A DNA stretch of 64,000 nucleotides from Verrucomicrobiota bacterium (GTDB taxonomy: Bacteria; Verrucomicrobiota; Verrucomicrobiia; Opitutales; Seribacteraceae). The notes beneath the pieces are model-generated. The model was not told the DNA's origin. It ran no database searches and saw only the letters and a program-made list of their open reading frames with translations. This document shows, in pieces, positions 41,816 through 51,289 of the stretch. Within the stretch, counting starts at the first letter, position 1. Every line of letters starts with the position of its first letter. Where the stretch lies: contig JAQBYT010000002.1 in assembly GCA_027622665.1 (NCBI GenBank), positions 288,001-352,000 on the forward strand. The letters run 5' to 3'. The position numbers and the translations under genes are program-made.

Positions 41816-44293
41816 ATGGACACTCGTCATCTTATTCGTTCTCTCCTCTTTTCCGCACTCGCGACCTGTATTGCTCAGGCCGCCGACTTTCATGCCCCCG
41901 CTCCCTTTGTCAAGATCATGGAGCGCGCCTTTACCAAGAGCTGGACTCCGCAAGCCGTCTCCGCCATCGAGAACCGTTCCCACATCTTGCTACTCGACGC
42001 CGAAACTAAACAGCTTTGCCTCACCGTGACCAGTGGCAACCTGGAAGGGTTTGAAGTGTCCGCCGTTAGTTCGCTTAACGACGGCACCGGTACTTACGGC
42101 AAGATCTTGCGTTCCATGTTTCAATTGCAGGATCTGAATATTGAAAATCAAGCCACCATGTCCTTGAGCGGTACCTATACCATTCGACCCGAACTGAAGA
42201 TCTATTATGGCATAGATGCCAATGCATCCGCCGGTACTTCCACGGCACAGTCGCTTCTGATCAATCGCATCAAGGGCGTCGACCTGTCGGACTATTCCAA
42301 TCCCGGTCACTTGGTTTTTACCTTCAGCGGTTCCCCAAGCTCTGCCAAGATTCAGGCCTCCACTCGATATGTGTACGACTCCTCCTCAAAAGCCTTGGTC
42401 CAAGATTCATCTTGGTCGGCAAATCATTGGATTCGGATGGATGCCGACGGCGTGCGTCTGGTTACTACGGAATCCGAGGCCACCGGCTTCTTTTTTGCCT
42501 CCGCTTACGATCTACTTGATTTTGCGAACCAGACCGGTGAATCCTTCAACCCCGCCGGTATCGACTGGCAAACCAATTCCTTTGCCGCTTGGCCGGAAAA
42601 CCCGGGCACCGGAGAGATCGAGGTCAACTCGATCTCCGAAAGCCAACTCAATGGGCCCGATGGGCTCGCCTACAAAGACATCGATGCCAACTACCGCGAA
42701 CAATTTGGTTCCGGCGCGGAAGCCACCGCGATCGCATCTGCATACCTCGACCAAATCGAAGCGGCCTTGGCCAATGCGGGGGAATCCCTTCGTTATCCCA
42801 AGGAGCTCTATCTTGCCGTCCGGGAAAATATGCTTTCCCACACTTTCGCCGCCGTCGATGAAGTAAACGCAGAGCTCGGAGAGTCCACCATCCCCTACGT
42901 CTACTTCACCAATGCTCAAGACTCCTCGGGAGTCTATCACCCCTTCATGGTGGTGGGCACGCGCAACGGAACGGGAGGTCCGAATTTCCTCATCGACGTC
43001 GCCCGCCCTCCCGGGGATGGAATCTCCGGAGGCTATGAAGACCAGACCGTTACCCGTAACGCCGTCCTGACCAGCGCCCTCTATCGAATTCCGCTCAAGG
43101 ACTATGGTGTCGTGGACACCCTCCTCGACAACGACCTGAGTTCCTACAACTCGCTTGCCCAAGACGCCGGGGTCTCCACTGCGGAATACGACGTTTACAA
43201 CTACGCGTCTTATTCGGCCAGCGGTGTCGCCGTAGACGGCGTCAAAATCTACCCCTCTTACAACAACACCCTGGTCTTCGCGCCCGTCAATGCCGAGATC
43301 ACCTCCACCGGAGTCCACGTCGGGCGCGGCATGGGGCTCCATTACCACGCCGATGGGCATGGCTATAATGGAAGTGGCGTCAACCTATACAACCTCGAGG
43401 ACTACGAGGGGCGCTCTCATCCTCCCGTCATCGGGTTCGCCATGGATGGTATGGCTATCTATGGGAAATACGAAAGCGGCCATTCCTCCATGGATGGATA
43501 TGGAGATGCCCTAGACGACTTCGGCAGTCACGACCACGACGATTATGGCCGCCACTACCACACCTTCTCCAAGCAAGTGAGCAGTGAATCGAAAGGGCAA
43601 ACCACTTCCTTTACCCAGCATTTTTACATGGTCGGCGCCTATCGCGGCAAAATCAATGAAATCCCCGACTTTCAGAATGGAGGAACCAACCAGCTGAAGG
43701 ACGCCACGCTGGGCAAGTACGTCGGTGTGGACGGATCTTACGTCACCACCACCTTTGATATTTCAGGTTCCACCCTCGCCACCTACCTTGTGACCGTATC
43801 CGAAACCGTCGGTGGATCAGTCGCAGGGGGTGGTTCACACGAGTCCGGAACCACGATCACCCTAACCCCCACTGCGGACAGCGGGTACGCTTTCAGCGGA
43901 TGGGGTGGGGATGCCGCAGGATCAAGCAACCCGCTCACTCTCACCGTGGACGGCAACCTCACAATATCCGCCGGTTTTGCGGCCAACGATCTCTGGTCGG
44001 CTGCAAGTTCCCTTGGGAATGGGTGGTATTCCTTGTCCGGCTTATTCGGGACTTATTATGCGAGCAACGCAACCTGGATTTATCATCAGGGAATGGGGTG
44101 GCTCTATCCGGCCAACGAAGGCCAGACTTCCGTTTGGTTCTACATGTCCGGTCGCGGCTGGCTTTATATGGAAACGGAACAATTTCCCTATCTTTACGAT
44201 CACAACGCAGGGGACTGGGTCTACTACGCCGAGATAAACGATCAACCAAGTCTATACGAATACGCCAACCAGGCATGGGTTCTCATTGAGTGA
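41816..44293 (+). CDS. Secreted YHYH-domain protein with InlB B-repeat-like domain and Trp-rich C-terminal domain
   Basis: GVAVDGVKIY, GLHYHAD, HPPVIGFAMDG.AIYG, LDDFG.H, RHYH; GYAFSGWGGD..GSSNPL repeat; WIYH..MGWLY tail. Confidence 0.75.
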   Translation: MDTRHLIRSLLFSALATCIAQAADFHAPAPFVKIMERAFTKSWTPQAVSAIENRSHILLLDAETKQLCLTVTSGNLEGFEVSAVSSLNDGTGTYGKILRSMFQLQDLNIENQATMSLSGTYTIRPELKIYYGIDANASAGTSTAQSLLINRIKGVDLSDYSNPGHLVFTFSGSPSSAKIQASTRYVYDSSSKALVQDSSWSANHWIRMDADGVRLVTTESEATGFFFASAYDLLDFANQTGESFNPAGIDWQTNSFAAWPENPGTGEIEVNSISESQLNGPDGLAYKDIDANYREQFGSGAEATAIASAYLDQIEAALANAGESLRYPKELYLAVRENMLSHTFAAVDEVNAELGESTIPYVYFTNAQDSSGVYHPFMVVGTRNGTGGPNFLIDVARPPGDGISGGYEDQTVTRNAVLTSALYRIPLKDYGVVDTLLDNDLSSYNSLAQDAGVSTAEYDVYNYASYSASGVAVDGVKIYPSYNNTLVFAPVNAEITSTGVHVGRGMGLHYHADGHGYNGSGVNLYNLEDYEGRSHPPVIGFAMDGMAIYGKYESGHSSMDGYGDALDDFGSHDHDDYGRHYHTFSKQVSSESKGQTTSFTQHFYMVGAYRGKINEIPDFQNGGTNQLKDATLGKYVGVDGSYVTTTFDISGSTLATYLVTVSETVGGSVAGGGSHESGTTITLTPTADSGYAFSGWGGDAAGSSNPLTLTVDGNLTISAGFAANDLWSAASSLGNGWYSLSGLFGTYYASNATWIYHQGMGWLYPANEGQTSVWFYMSGRGWLYMETEQFPYLYDHNAGDWVYYAEINDQPSLYEYANQAWVLIE

Positions 44294-44560
44294 CCTGAGC
44301 AAATCTCTTCTTTACCGGTTTTGCTAATCGAGCGACCAAGGTTTCTACCCCTTTGAATAATGAGAGCTAGATGGGCGTAATCGTAAACTTAGGATAGAGA
44401 CCCGCTATTATTAGGCAAACATGGGTCAACTCGTTCCTGATTTACTTCCCGCTAGACATCTTTTCCCATTCATTTCTCCCGAGTTTTTGCAATTTACGAA
44501 AAATAGGATTTAATAGATAATTCCTAAATGATCATTAGCATGCCCGTCTTATAAGATATC

Positions 44561-44887
44561 TTGTCCATTCTGGTTTTCGCTTCCATCATTTTTGTTTGGG
44601 GTGTTCGATACAATAACATCAAGGATGAGTTTAAGCATTTTAACCTTCCCACCTGGGTCAGGGATATGGTCGGGATTTTTAAATTCAGCTTCGCGATCAT
44701 GCTCTTCAACGATAATCCGGAAGTGGTTCGAATCGGTGCTTTGGGAATTGCAGTTCTTATGATTGCCGCCTTGTTCACCCACATCCGATTGAAGAGCGCT
44801 CAACCCAAGATGCTTCCTTCCTTTTTTCTATTGTGCACCTGCTTGGCTATTGCCTACATGAGCGCCCAACTGCATCTCGCCGGCTGA
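44561..44887 (+). CDS. DoxX-family membrane protein (TTG start, or ATG 44540 with an in-frame TAA at 44552)
   Basis: Hydrophobic helices, EF..FNLP.W, MIAALFTHIR. Confidence 0.7.
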   Translation: MSILVFASIIFVWGVRYNNIKDEFKHFNLPTWVRDMVGIFKFSFAIMLFNDNPEVVRIGALGIAVLMIAALFTHIRLKSAQPKMLPSFFLLCTCLAIAYMSAQLHLAG

Positions 44888-44894
44888 ACCCTCC

Positions 44895-45254
44895 ATGTCC
44901 TACCTGCAAGTATCACTTCAGGTTTTACTTTTCCTAACCTTTGCCCTCGGTGGAGCTTATCGCTTTTTTCAACCTATCGACAAGCTTGCCAAACGAATGC
45001 TCTGGGTCACCTATTTCAATCCCCGAATCGTTCGTTCAATTGCCTTGGTTGAAGTAATCTGCGGAATCGGCATCATTATTCCCTTGTTTCTACCCGATTC
45101 TTCCTTTGCCTTCATTTTATATTCCGGTTGCCTTCTCATGGCCACAATGATCGGAGCTGTCGTCACCCATGCTTGTATCGGGGACTACAAACAAATATTA
45201 GGAAACCTCTTACTCTTCGGCATGCTCTATCTAGTTACTTTCCCGGTCATTTGA
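44895..45254 (+). CDS. DoxX-family membrane protein
   Basis: EVICGIG..P, MIGAVVTH, four hydrophobic helices. Confidence 0.75.
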   Translation: MSYLQVSLQVLLFLTFALGGAYRFFQPIDKLAKRMLWVTYFNPRIVRSIALVEVICGIGIIIPLFLPDSSFAFILYSGCLLMATMIGAVVTHACIGDYKQILGNLLLFGMLYLVTFPVI

Positions 45255-45261
45255 AAATCCA

Positions 45262-45319
45262 ACCTCGAAGAACTTTGGTATGAGTTGAATCGGCATCCGG
45301 TTCATGCGTTTGCGGATTG
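45262..45319 (+). repeat. Direct repeat A1: copy of the GIY-YIG gene 5' end (46452-46509)
   Basis: 58 bp, 4 mismatches by manual alignment. Confidence 0.92.
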
Positions 45320-45438
45320 TCTGCAATTGTTTGGACGAAGTTTTGGTGAAGCTGTCCTGAATTCTCTTTGCCTTGAAGCTTGTTGGATAATGAAAAGGAT
45401 ACGATTGATACGTCTTGTAAACCGTTAAGTAACACTTT

Positions 45439-46434
45439 ATGGTTTGGTCTATGAAAATATCTCGTTTGAGAGAAAAGAAGGAGCTGCTTGATAGCTATAG
45501 ACCCTTGCCCGCCGTCCTCGTTAAAAATCTGGAGGATTGGTTCCGGGTGGAGCTCACCTACACAAGCAACGCGATCGAGGGTAATACGCTCACCCGCAGG
45601 GAAACGGCCCTAGTTGTTGAAAAAGGTCTTACGGTTGGAGGGAAAACTCTAGTCGAACACTTGGAGGCAACGAACCATGCCCATGCCTTGGATTGGGTTC
45701 GTCAACAAGCATCTCGTTCCGCTCGGAAACTCACGGAGAAAGATGTCTTGAGCATTCACGAAATCATTCTGAAAGGGATTGATTCTGCAAATACCGGATT
45801 TTATAGAAGCGTTCCCGTTCGAATTTCCGGCTCCACCGTGGTTCTTCCCAATCCTCGAAAAGTTCCTGATTTAATGGAAGCATTCGTGACCTGGTTGAAG
45901 CAAGGACCGGATCTACATCCCGTGGAATTGGCTGCCGAAGCTCACTACCGTCTCGACACCATTCACCCCTTTGCGGACGGCAATGGAAGAACCGCCCGAT
46001 TACTGATGAATTTAATTCTGTTAATGACGGGATATCCCACCGCAATCATCCGAAAACTTGACCGTGAGGCGTACCTGGGCGCTCTGGAAAAAGCCCAGCT
46101 TGGTGGATCCCAAGACGATTACCTGCAACTCATCTATAAAGCCGTTAACCGCTCGTTGGACATCTATCTTCGGGCTGCTCGGGGGGAAGATGCCGAAGGC
46201 GAAGTCGACGACTCCCTGCTCAAGATCGGCGAACTGGCCAAACGCACGGGAGAGAACAATTCGACCATCCGTTATTGGACGAAAGAAGGCTTGCTTGAAG
46301 TCGCGGAAGTTACGGAAAGCGGTTATCAATTGTATTCTCCTGAAATGATCAAACGCGTGGAACAGATCTACTTCCTCAAAAAGGAAAGACTCACCTTGCA
46401 GGAAATAAAAGAGAGAATTTCTCAAACGGAATAG
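45439..46434 (+). CDS. Fic-family protein with C-terminal MerR-type HTH
   Basis: HPFADGNGRTAR catalytic motif; TSNAIEGN N-terminal autoinhibitory motif; KIGELAKRTGE..STIRYW...GLL MerR HTH. Confidence 0.92.
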   Translation: MVWSMKISRLREKKELLDSYRPLPAVLVKNLEDWFRVELTYTSNAIEGNTLTRRETALVVEKGLTVGGKTLVEHLEATNHAHALDWVRQQASRSARKLTEKDVLSIHEIILKGIDSANTGFYRSVPVRISGSTVVLPNPRKVPDLMEAFVTWLKQGPDLHPVELAAEAHYRLDTIHPFADGNGRTARLLMNLILLMTGYPTAIIRKLDREAYLGALEKAQLGGSQDDYLQLIYKAVNRSLDIYLRAARGEDAEGEVDDSLLKIGELAKRTGENNSTIRYWTKEGLLEVAEVTESGYQLYSPEMIKRVEQIYFLKKERLTLQEIKERISQTE

Positions 46435-46444
46435 CGTGCTCCCA

Positions 46445-46882
46445 ATGCCTGACCTCGAAGAACTTTGGTATGACTTGAATCGGCAGTCGGTTCATGCCTT
46501 TGCGGATTGGCCGAATCGGGAGATCCCGAAGGGGAAGCCCGGGGTGTATTTGATTTATCAGGGGGTTCGTTTGATTTACGTCGGGAAGGCGAAAAAGAAT
46601 TTACTTGGACGATTGACCCAGCATGCGCGTGGCCACCGCAGTGGTGATCAATTTTGCGTTTACCTTGGAGATCGTTTGGTCATGCCCAAGCTTGGGATCG
46701 ATCAAATGAAAGACCTCTTTTCGGGCGAGCTTTCGCTCGACCATGAAATCAAAAAGTTCGTCCGTTCCCAATTGTCCTACCGCTACCTAATCGTCAAAGA
46801 CGACCCAACCGCCCGCACCCTCGAAGCCCATGGTCTCCAAGTCGCCAAAGGGCAGGGGGCGGAGTTGTTGAATGCCAATTGA
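46445..46882 (+). CDS. Stand-alone GIY-YIG nuclease
   Basis: GVYLIY...IYVGKA..L.GRL.QH, late conserved E (RTLEA). Confidence 0.85.
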   Translation: MPDLEELWYDLNRQSVHAFADWPNREIPKGKPGVYLIYQGVRLIYVGKAKKNLLGRLTQHARGHRSGDQFCVYLGDRLVMPKLGIDQMKDLFSGELSLDHEIKKFVRSQLSYRYLIVKDDPTARTLEAHGLQVAKGQGAELLNAN

Positions 46883-47062
46883 TGTGCCCGACTCGAAATC
46901 GGTGACATTCTTTTAAAACCCCCTTTAATTAACCCTAAATGGTTCTTTGTTTTTGCTCAAATTTCACTAAAAGGGTTCACGAAAGGGTCACGTCTTTCTA
47001 CTAGCAACAAATTATTCTTTTGATAGGCAAATAGTTGATAGTTTGTATCAGGTCGGCGTCCG

Positions 47063-47485
47063 TTGACTGAGGAGTCTTTCTGCAGCAACGGCTGGTTTTT
47101 CGGTGACGAAATAGCCTTGTTGAGAAAATACACCTCACGGCTGTTCGAGGATCTGGACGAAAAAATCGAGGCGGGATTCTCTCGCATCTTCGAGGAGTGG
47201 GAACGGAACGACCTCAGGGTGATGAACTATCGGGAGCGGAAACTGGACGACAAGGAGGCTCACGATCTGGTCATCAAAAGCATGGACGCCGCGGCTATTC
47301 CGCCTTCGGCAATTCCCCGTGTGCTTCAGGAATTTCGATCGCCCTGGCATCAGGAATTCGTTCCAAGGAACGCATGGAGCCTCTACAACGCGTTTACGGA
47401 GGTCATGAAGAGCTTGCCTCACCTCCTGCCCGAAAGGACCAGGGCCCTCACCCGTTGTTTCGACATGGAGTTGGAGATCGCATGA
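47063..47485 (+). pseudogene. DUF932/DUF945-like mobile-element protein, probably 5'-truncated
   Basis: P.HQEFVPRNAWSLYNAFTE motif; TTG start in an AT-rich unrelated segment. Confidence 0.6.
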
Positions 47486-47712
47486 ACCAATGCGCGGGTA
47501 ACGCAGGAGGGGAACAACGGGTTGACCTGAGGAGAAACCCTCCGCTGATCATGAACGCCAAGGAAGTCGCGACCTATCTAGGCGTATCGCCTCGAAAAGT
47601 ACGTGGTGACGCAGCGGCGGGTCTCATGCCATGCGTCAAGCTGGGCGGACGAGTCTTGTTCAGACTGAAAGACGTTAACGCTCGCCTCGACAGATTAACA
47701 AACGACGACTGA
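47482..47712 (+). CDS. Excisionase-like (HTH_17) DNA-binding protein
   Basis: MNAKEVATYLGVSPRKV....G.MPCVKLGGRVLFR; ATGA overlap with the upstream gene. Confidence 0.8.
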   Translation: MNQCAGNAGGEQRVDLRRNPPLIMNAKEVATYLGVSPRKVRGDAAAGLMPCVKLGGRVLFRLKDVNARLDRLTNDD

Positions 47713-47728
47713 GTCGCCACATACCACA

Positions 47729-47758
47729 AAAAGCCTACTCCTTTGCGGGTGGGCTTTT
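47729..47758. terminator. Probable bidirectional intrinsic terminator
   Basis: AAAAGCCTACTC-CTTTGC-GGGTGGGCTTTT stem with A/T tails between convergent units. Confidence 0.65.
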
Positions 47759-48038
47759 CTTAGGTGTCGGATGGAAGGGCCGTACTGGCAGGATAAACGA
47801 AGCCCATCGAGCACTTTGCAGATGGCGAAAGCCCTGACAACGAGGACTTCGTGAGGTCTTGAAATTCGAGTCGGTCGTCGTATCCGCTCGGGTCAAGCCT
47901 TCGGATCTCTGCAAATCAGAAAGAAGAAGATTCGAGTATCAACTGCCACTTTGAAAATCACTGCCTCAAAGGGCTAGGGCATGTGGAAGACCAGCAAAGA
48001 CTATCCAGTCATTTCATTTGGAAATACAGATTTGATGA

Positions 48039-51000
48039 TCACGCCGCTTTGCTCAACAGATCGAAGATGACCCTGGCGAATTTGGCGGCGCGGTCGGGGT
48101 TGGAGAGGAGTTGGTCTTTTTGGTTTTGATGGACGTCGCTGCTGTCGATAATGGCGTCGTCCAAGGCTTTTTCGAAGTCGCCCAGCATGGCTTGCTCGGC
48201 GCTGTTGTTGGCGATCTGATCCATGATGCTCTGGTTCTCGCTGAGCTTGTCGCGGATCGTGTAAGCATAGTTGACGAGATCCTTTTCGGAGAGTTGATCG
48301 GTGATGAAAAGCTCGTTGAGACGGTCGATAATTAGGGAGAGGCGTTCTTCTTTTTTATCCTTCGCCCTAGCGCTGCCTGCTGCCTCCCCGCCTTTGAGGC
48401 CGTAGTCGCCTTGCTCTTCTTCCATTACCAAATCCTGCTGCTTGAGCTTACTGAGACGGTAGTGGCTCATCTCGACGTTGCTAAGGTCAATGGGGTCATC
48501 GTCCTCGAAGCTTTCGCGGAGCATCGGGCGGAGGTTGCGGGCGTAAAGGCTGAGCTTCTCTAAGTCCTTGTCGTCATAGTCCACGATCTGGGACATAAAC
48601 TCGTAGAAGCGCACGAAGGTGCCGAGATCCTTCTTGAAGATGTCGAGCCCGTCCTTAACCTGCTTGGCCTCCTTGAAGCGTTTCTCGGCATTGGCAATCA
48701 GCACGGCATCGCCGGTCTTTTTAGTGCGCTCAAATTCGTCCCGCCCTTGCTTGAAGAGCTTCACTGCTACACTGTAACGCACCTGCCAGCGTTCGACGGC
48801 TGGCTTACAGATATTGGCGAGGGCTGCGGGGCTCTTACTTTTGACGAAGAACGCATCGGCAAATTGCTCCACTTCCTTCCATGTGAAAATACCGACTGCA
48901 CGTAACTTTTCGAAGAGATCGAATACGAGATCGGGATCGGATACGTCTTCCAGCTTTGCGGTTTTGTAATACGGCAGAAACGATTCGAGGATGTCCTCGG
49001 GATCATTGAAGAAGTCCAAGACGAAGGTGCCCGTCTCGGCTTTGCCGGGATAAGTGCGATTGAGGCGAGACAAGGTCTGCACGCACTCCACGCCGCCGAG
49101 CTTCTTATCCACATACATCGCGCAAAGCTTGGGCTGGTCGAAGCCGGTTTGAAACTTATTGGCCGCGATCATCACCTGATAGTCCTCCGAATCGAAGGCC
49201 TTGCGCATATCGCGCTTCTTCAAGTTCGGGTTCATGTTGTGCTCGGTGAATTTCTCACCCAACAGCCCTTCGGACTGCGGGTCTTTGGCGTTGAACGTGA
49301 CCTCGCCTGAAAAGGCCACCATGCCGTAAAGCTTATTGTAGCCCTGCTCCTTGATGTATTTATCAAAGCCGAGCTTATAGCGCACCGCCTCCTTGCGGGA
49401 GCTGGTAACCACCATCGCTTTGGCGTGTCCACCGAGGAGGCCCATCACGTTGTCGCGGAAATGCTCAATGATGACCTGCACCTTTTGAGCGATGTTGTAG
49501 TCATGCAGGCGCACCCATTGGTTGAGCTTCACCTTGGCCTTCTTGCTCTCCACCTCGGAATCCGAGGCCTGCACCTTTAGCGCTAAGTTGTAAGCCACCT
49601 TGTAATTGGTGTAGTTCTTCAGCACATCGAGAATAAAGCCCTCTTCGATCGCCTGACGCATGCTATATACGTGAAAGGCTTCGGGAAGGTTCTTCTTCGA
49701 CGGCGCTTCGTCCGGCTTCGGCAAACGACCAAACAACTCCAGCGTCTTGGGCTTAGGTGTGGCGGTAAAGGCAAAGTAGCTCAGGTTTTTCGATACGCGG
49801 CGCGACGATACCATGGCATCTAGAATATCGTCTGACGAGAGTTCTTCATCTTCGTCACGCGCTTCCACCATGAGAACTTCTTTGAGCTGGCGGGCAGTGG
49901 CTCCGGTTTGCGAGGAGTGAGCTTCGTCGGCGATGATCGCGTAGTTGCGCTCTTTCAGGCTCACGCTGTTCTCGATCGCTTTGAGCACGAAGGGAAAGGT
50001 CTGGATAGTGACGATGATGATCGGAGTGGACTCTTCGAGCGCCTTAGCCAACTTCTCCGACTTCGAGCCATCGCCCTCGTCGCGATTGATTTTTCCGACG
50101 ATGCCATCGACGTGCTCGAACTGTGAAATCGTATCTTGTAGTTGACTATCCAATACTGTGCGATCCGTCACCACGATCACCGAGTGAAACTGCTTATCGC
50201 CCGCATCGTCATAGAGCGATGAGAGCTGATGCGCCGTCCATGCGATAGAGTTGGACTTACCCGAGCCGGCGCTGTGTTGTACCAGATACTTTGAGCCGGG
50301 GCCTTCCTCGCGAGCGGCGTCTATCAATTGATTGACCACGTCCCACTGATGGTAGCGTGGGAAGATCATCGTCTCCTTCTTATATTTGCGACCTTCCCAG
50401 TTCTCCTTCTCCTCGATCTGCAAGTGGACGTAGCGAGCCAGGATGTTAAAAAGATTCTTCGGCAGCAGCACCTCGTTCCATAGATAGTCGGTGGCGTATT
50501 GATTAACATCCTTCGGCACGTCATTGCCCGAGCCGCCGTCCAGTGTGCCTTTGTTAAATGGGAGGAAGTAAGTGTTTTGCCCTTCGAGCTGAGTGGTCAT
50601 ATAGACCTCGTATTGGCTGACGGCGAAGTGCACGAGCGCTCCGCGTTTGAAGGTGAGGAGAGGCTCGGGCTTCTTCGCCACGGGGTCCACCGGGGGTCGG
50701 GTGAGCTTATACTGCTTGATGGCATTCTGCACCGCCTGCTTGAACTCCGATTTCAGTTCCAGCGTCGCCACCGGCAGGCCGTTGACGAACAGCACCAAGT
50801 CGATGCGCCAGTTCTTCGCCTTCACGCCCGTCTCTTTCAAATGCTCCTCCGTCGCCCATGGGCTATACACCAACTCAGGCACAACCCGCAGGCGGTTCAT
50901 TTGATACATTCGCAGCGTGTCGGGATTCAGGTCGTGCTCCGGCTCGAACTGACAGAGCTTGAAACGCGCGCCACGGTCTTTAATCGTATGACGCAACACA

Positions 51001-51287
51001 CCCAAGGTGCCGAAAGTGCGTAGCGTGCCGTCAGCGGCATTCGGATCGACCTTGTTGAGCTGCGTCGCCACCCGCTCTAAAAACTTCGCGTCCGTGTTGC
51101 TCGGGTAGAGCTTGGTGAACTTCTCCCACTCCTTCGGTTGCGTGTCTTGCACGAAGCCGAGCACGTCCTCTTCATACAGCGCCAACTCACGGTTGTAGCC
51201 ATCGGGCGTGCCGAGCAACCAGCCATTCGCGACCAACTGGTCGATCATATCATTCTGAAAGGTGAGTTCGTTGGCTTTGTCGGTCAT
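48039..51287 (-). CDS. hsdR: Type I restriction endonuclease subunit R
   Basis: IDLVLFVNGLPVATLELKS nuclease motif, QHSAGSGKS, DEAH, FTATP, TGFDQP, QTLSRLNR. Confidence 0.95.
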   Translation of the reverse strand: MTDKANELTFQNDMIDQLVANGWLLGTPDGYNRELALYEEDVLGFVQDTQPKEWEKFTKLYPSNTDAKFLERVATQLNKVDPNAADGTLRTFGTLGVLRHTIKDRGARFKLCQFEPEHDLNPDTLRMYQMNRLRVVPELVYSPWATEEHLKETGVKAKNWRIDLVLFVNGLPVATLELKSEFKQAVQNAIKQYKLTRPPVDPVAKKPEPLLTFKRGALVHFAVSQYEVYMTTQLEGQNTYFLPFNKGTLDGGSGNDVPKDVNQYATDYLWNEVLLPKNLFNILARYVHLQIEEKENWEGRKYKKETMIFPRYHQWDVVNQLIDAAREEGPGSKYLVQHSAGSGKSNSIAWTAHQLSSLYDDAGDKQFHSVIVVTDRTVLDSQLQDTISQFEHVDGIVGKINRDEGDGSKSEKLAKALEESTPIIIVTIQTFPFVLKAIENSVSLKERNYAIIADEAHSSQTGATARQLKEVLMVEARDEDEELSSDDILDAMVSSRRVSKNLSYFAFTATPKPKTLELFGRLPKPDEAPSKKNLPEAFHVYSMRQAIEEGFILDVLKNYTNYKVAYNLALKVQASDSEVESKKAKVKLNQWVRLHDYNIAQKVQVIIEHFRDNVMGLLGGHAKAMVVTSSRKEAVRYKLGFDKYIKEQGYNKLYGMVAFSGEVTFNAKDPQSEGLLGEKFTEHNMNPNLKKRDMRKAFDSEDYQVMIAANKFQTGFDQPKLCAMYVDKKLGGVECVQTLSRLNRTYPGKAETGTFVLDFFNDPEDILESFLPYYKTAKLEDVSDPDLVFDLFEKLRAVGIFTWKEVEQFADAFFVKSKSPAALANICKPAVERWQVRYSVAVKLFKQGRDEFERTKKTGDAVLIANAEKRFKEAKQVKDGLDIFKKDLGTFVRFYEFMSQIVDYDDKDLEKLSLYARNLRPMLRESFEDDDPIDLSNVEMSHYRLSKLKQQDLVMEEEQGDYGLKGGEAAGSARAKDKKEERLSLIIDRLNELFITDQLSEKDLVNYAYTIRDKLSENQSIMDQIANNSAEQAMLGDFEKALDDAIIDSSDVHQNQKDQLLSNPDRAAKFARVIFDLLSKAA

Positions 51288-51289
51288 GC

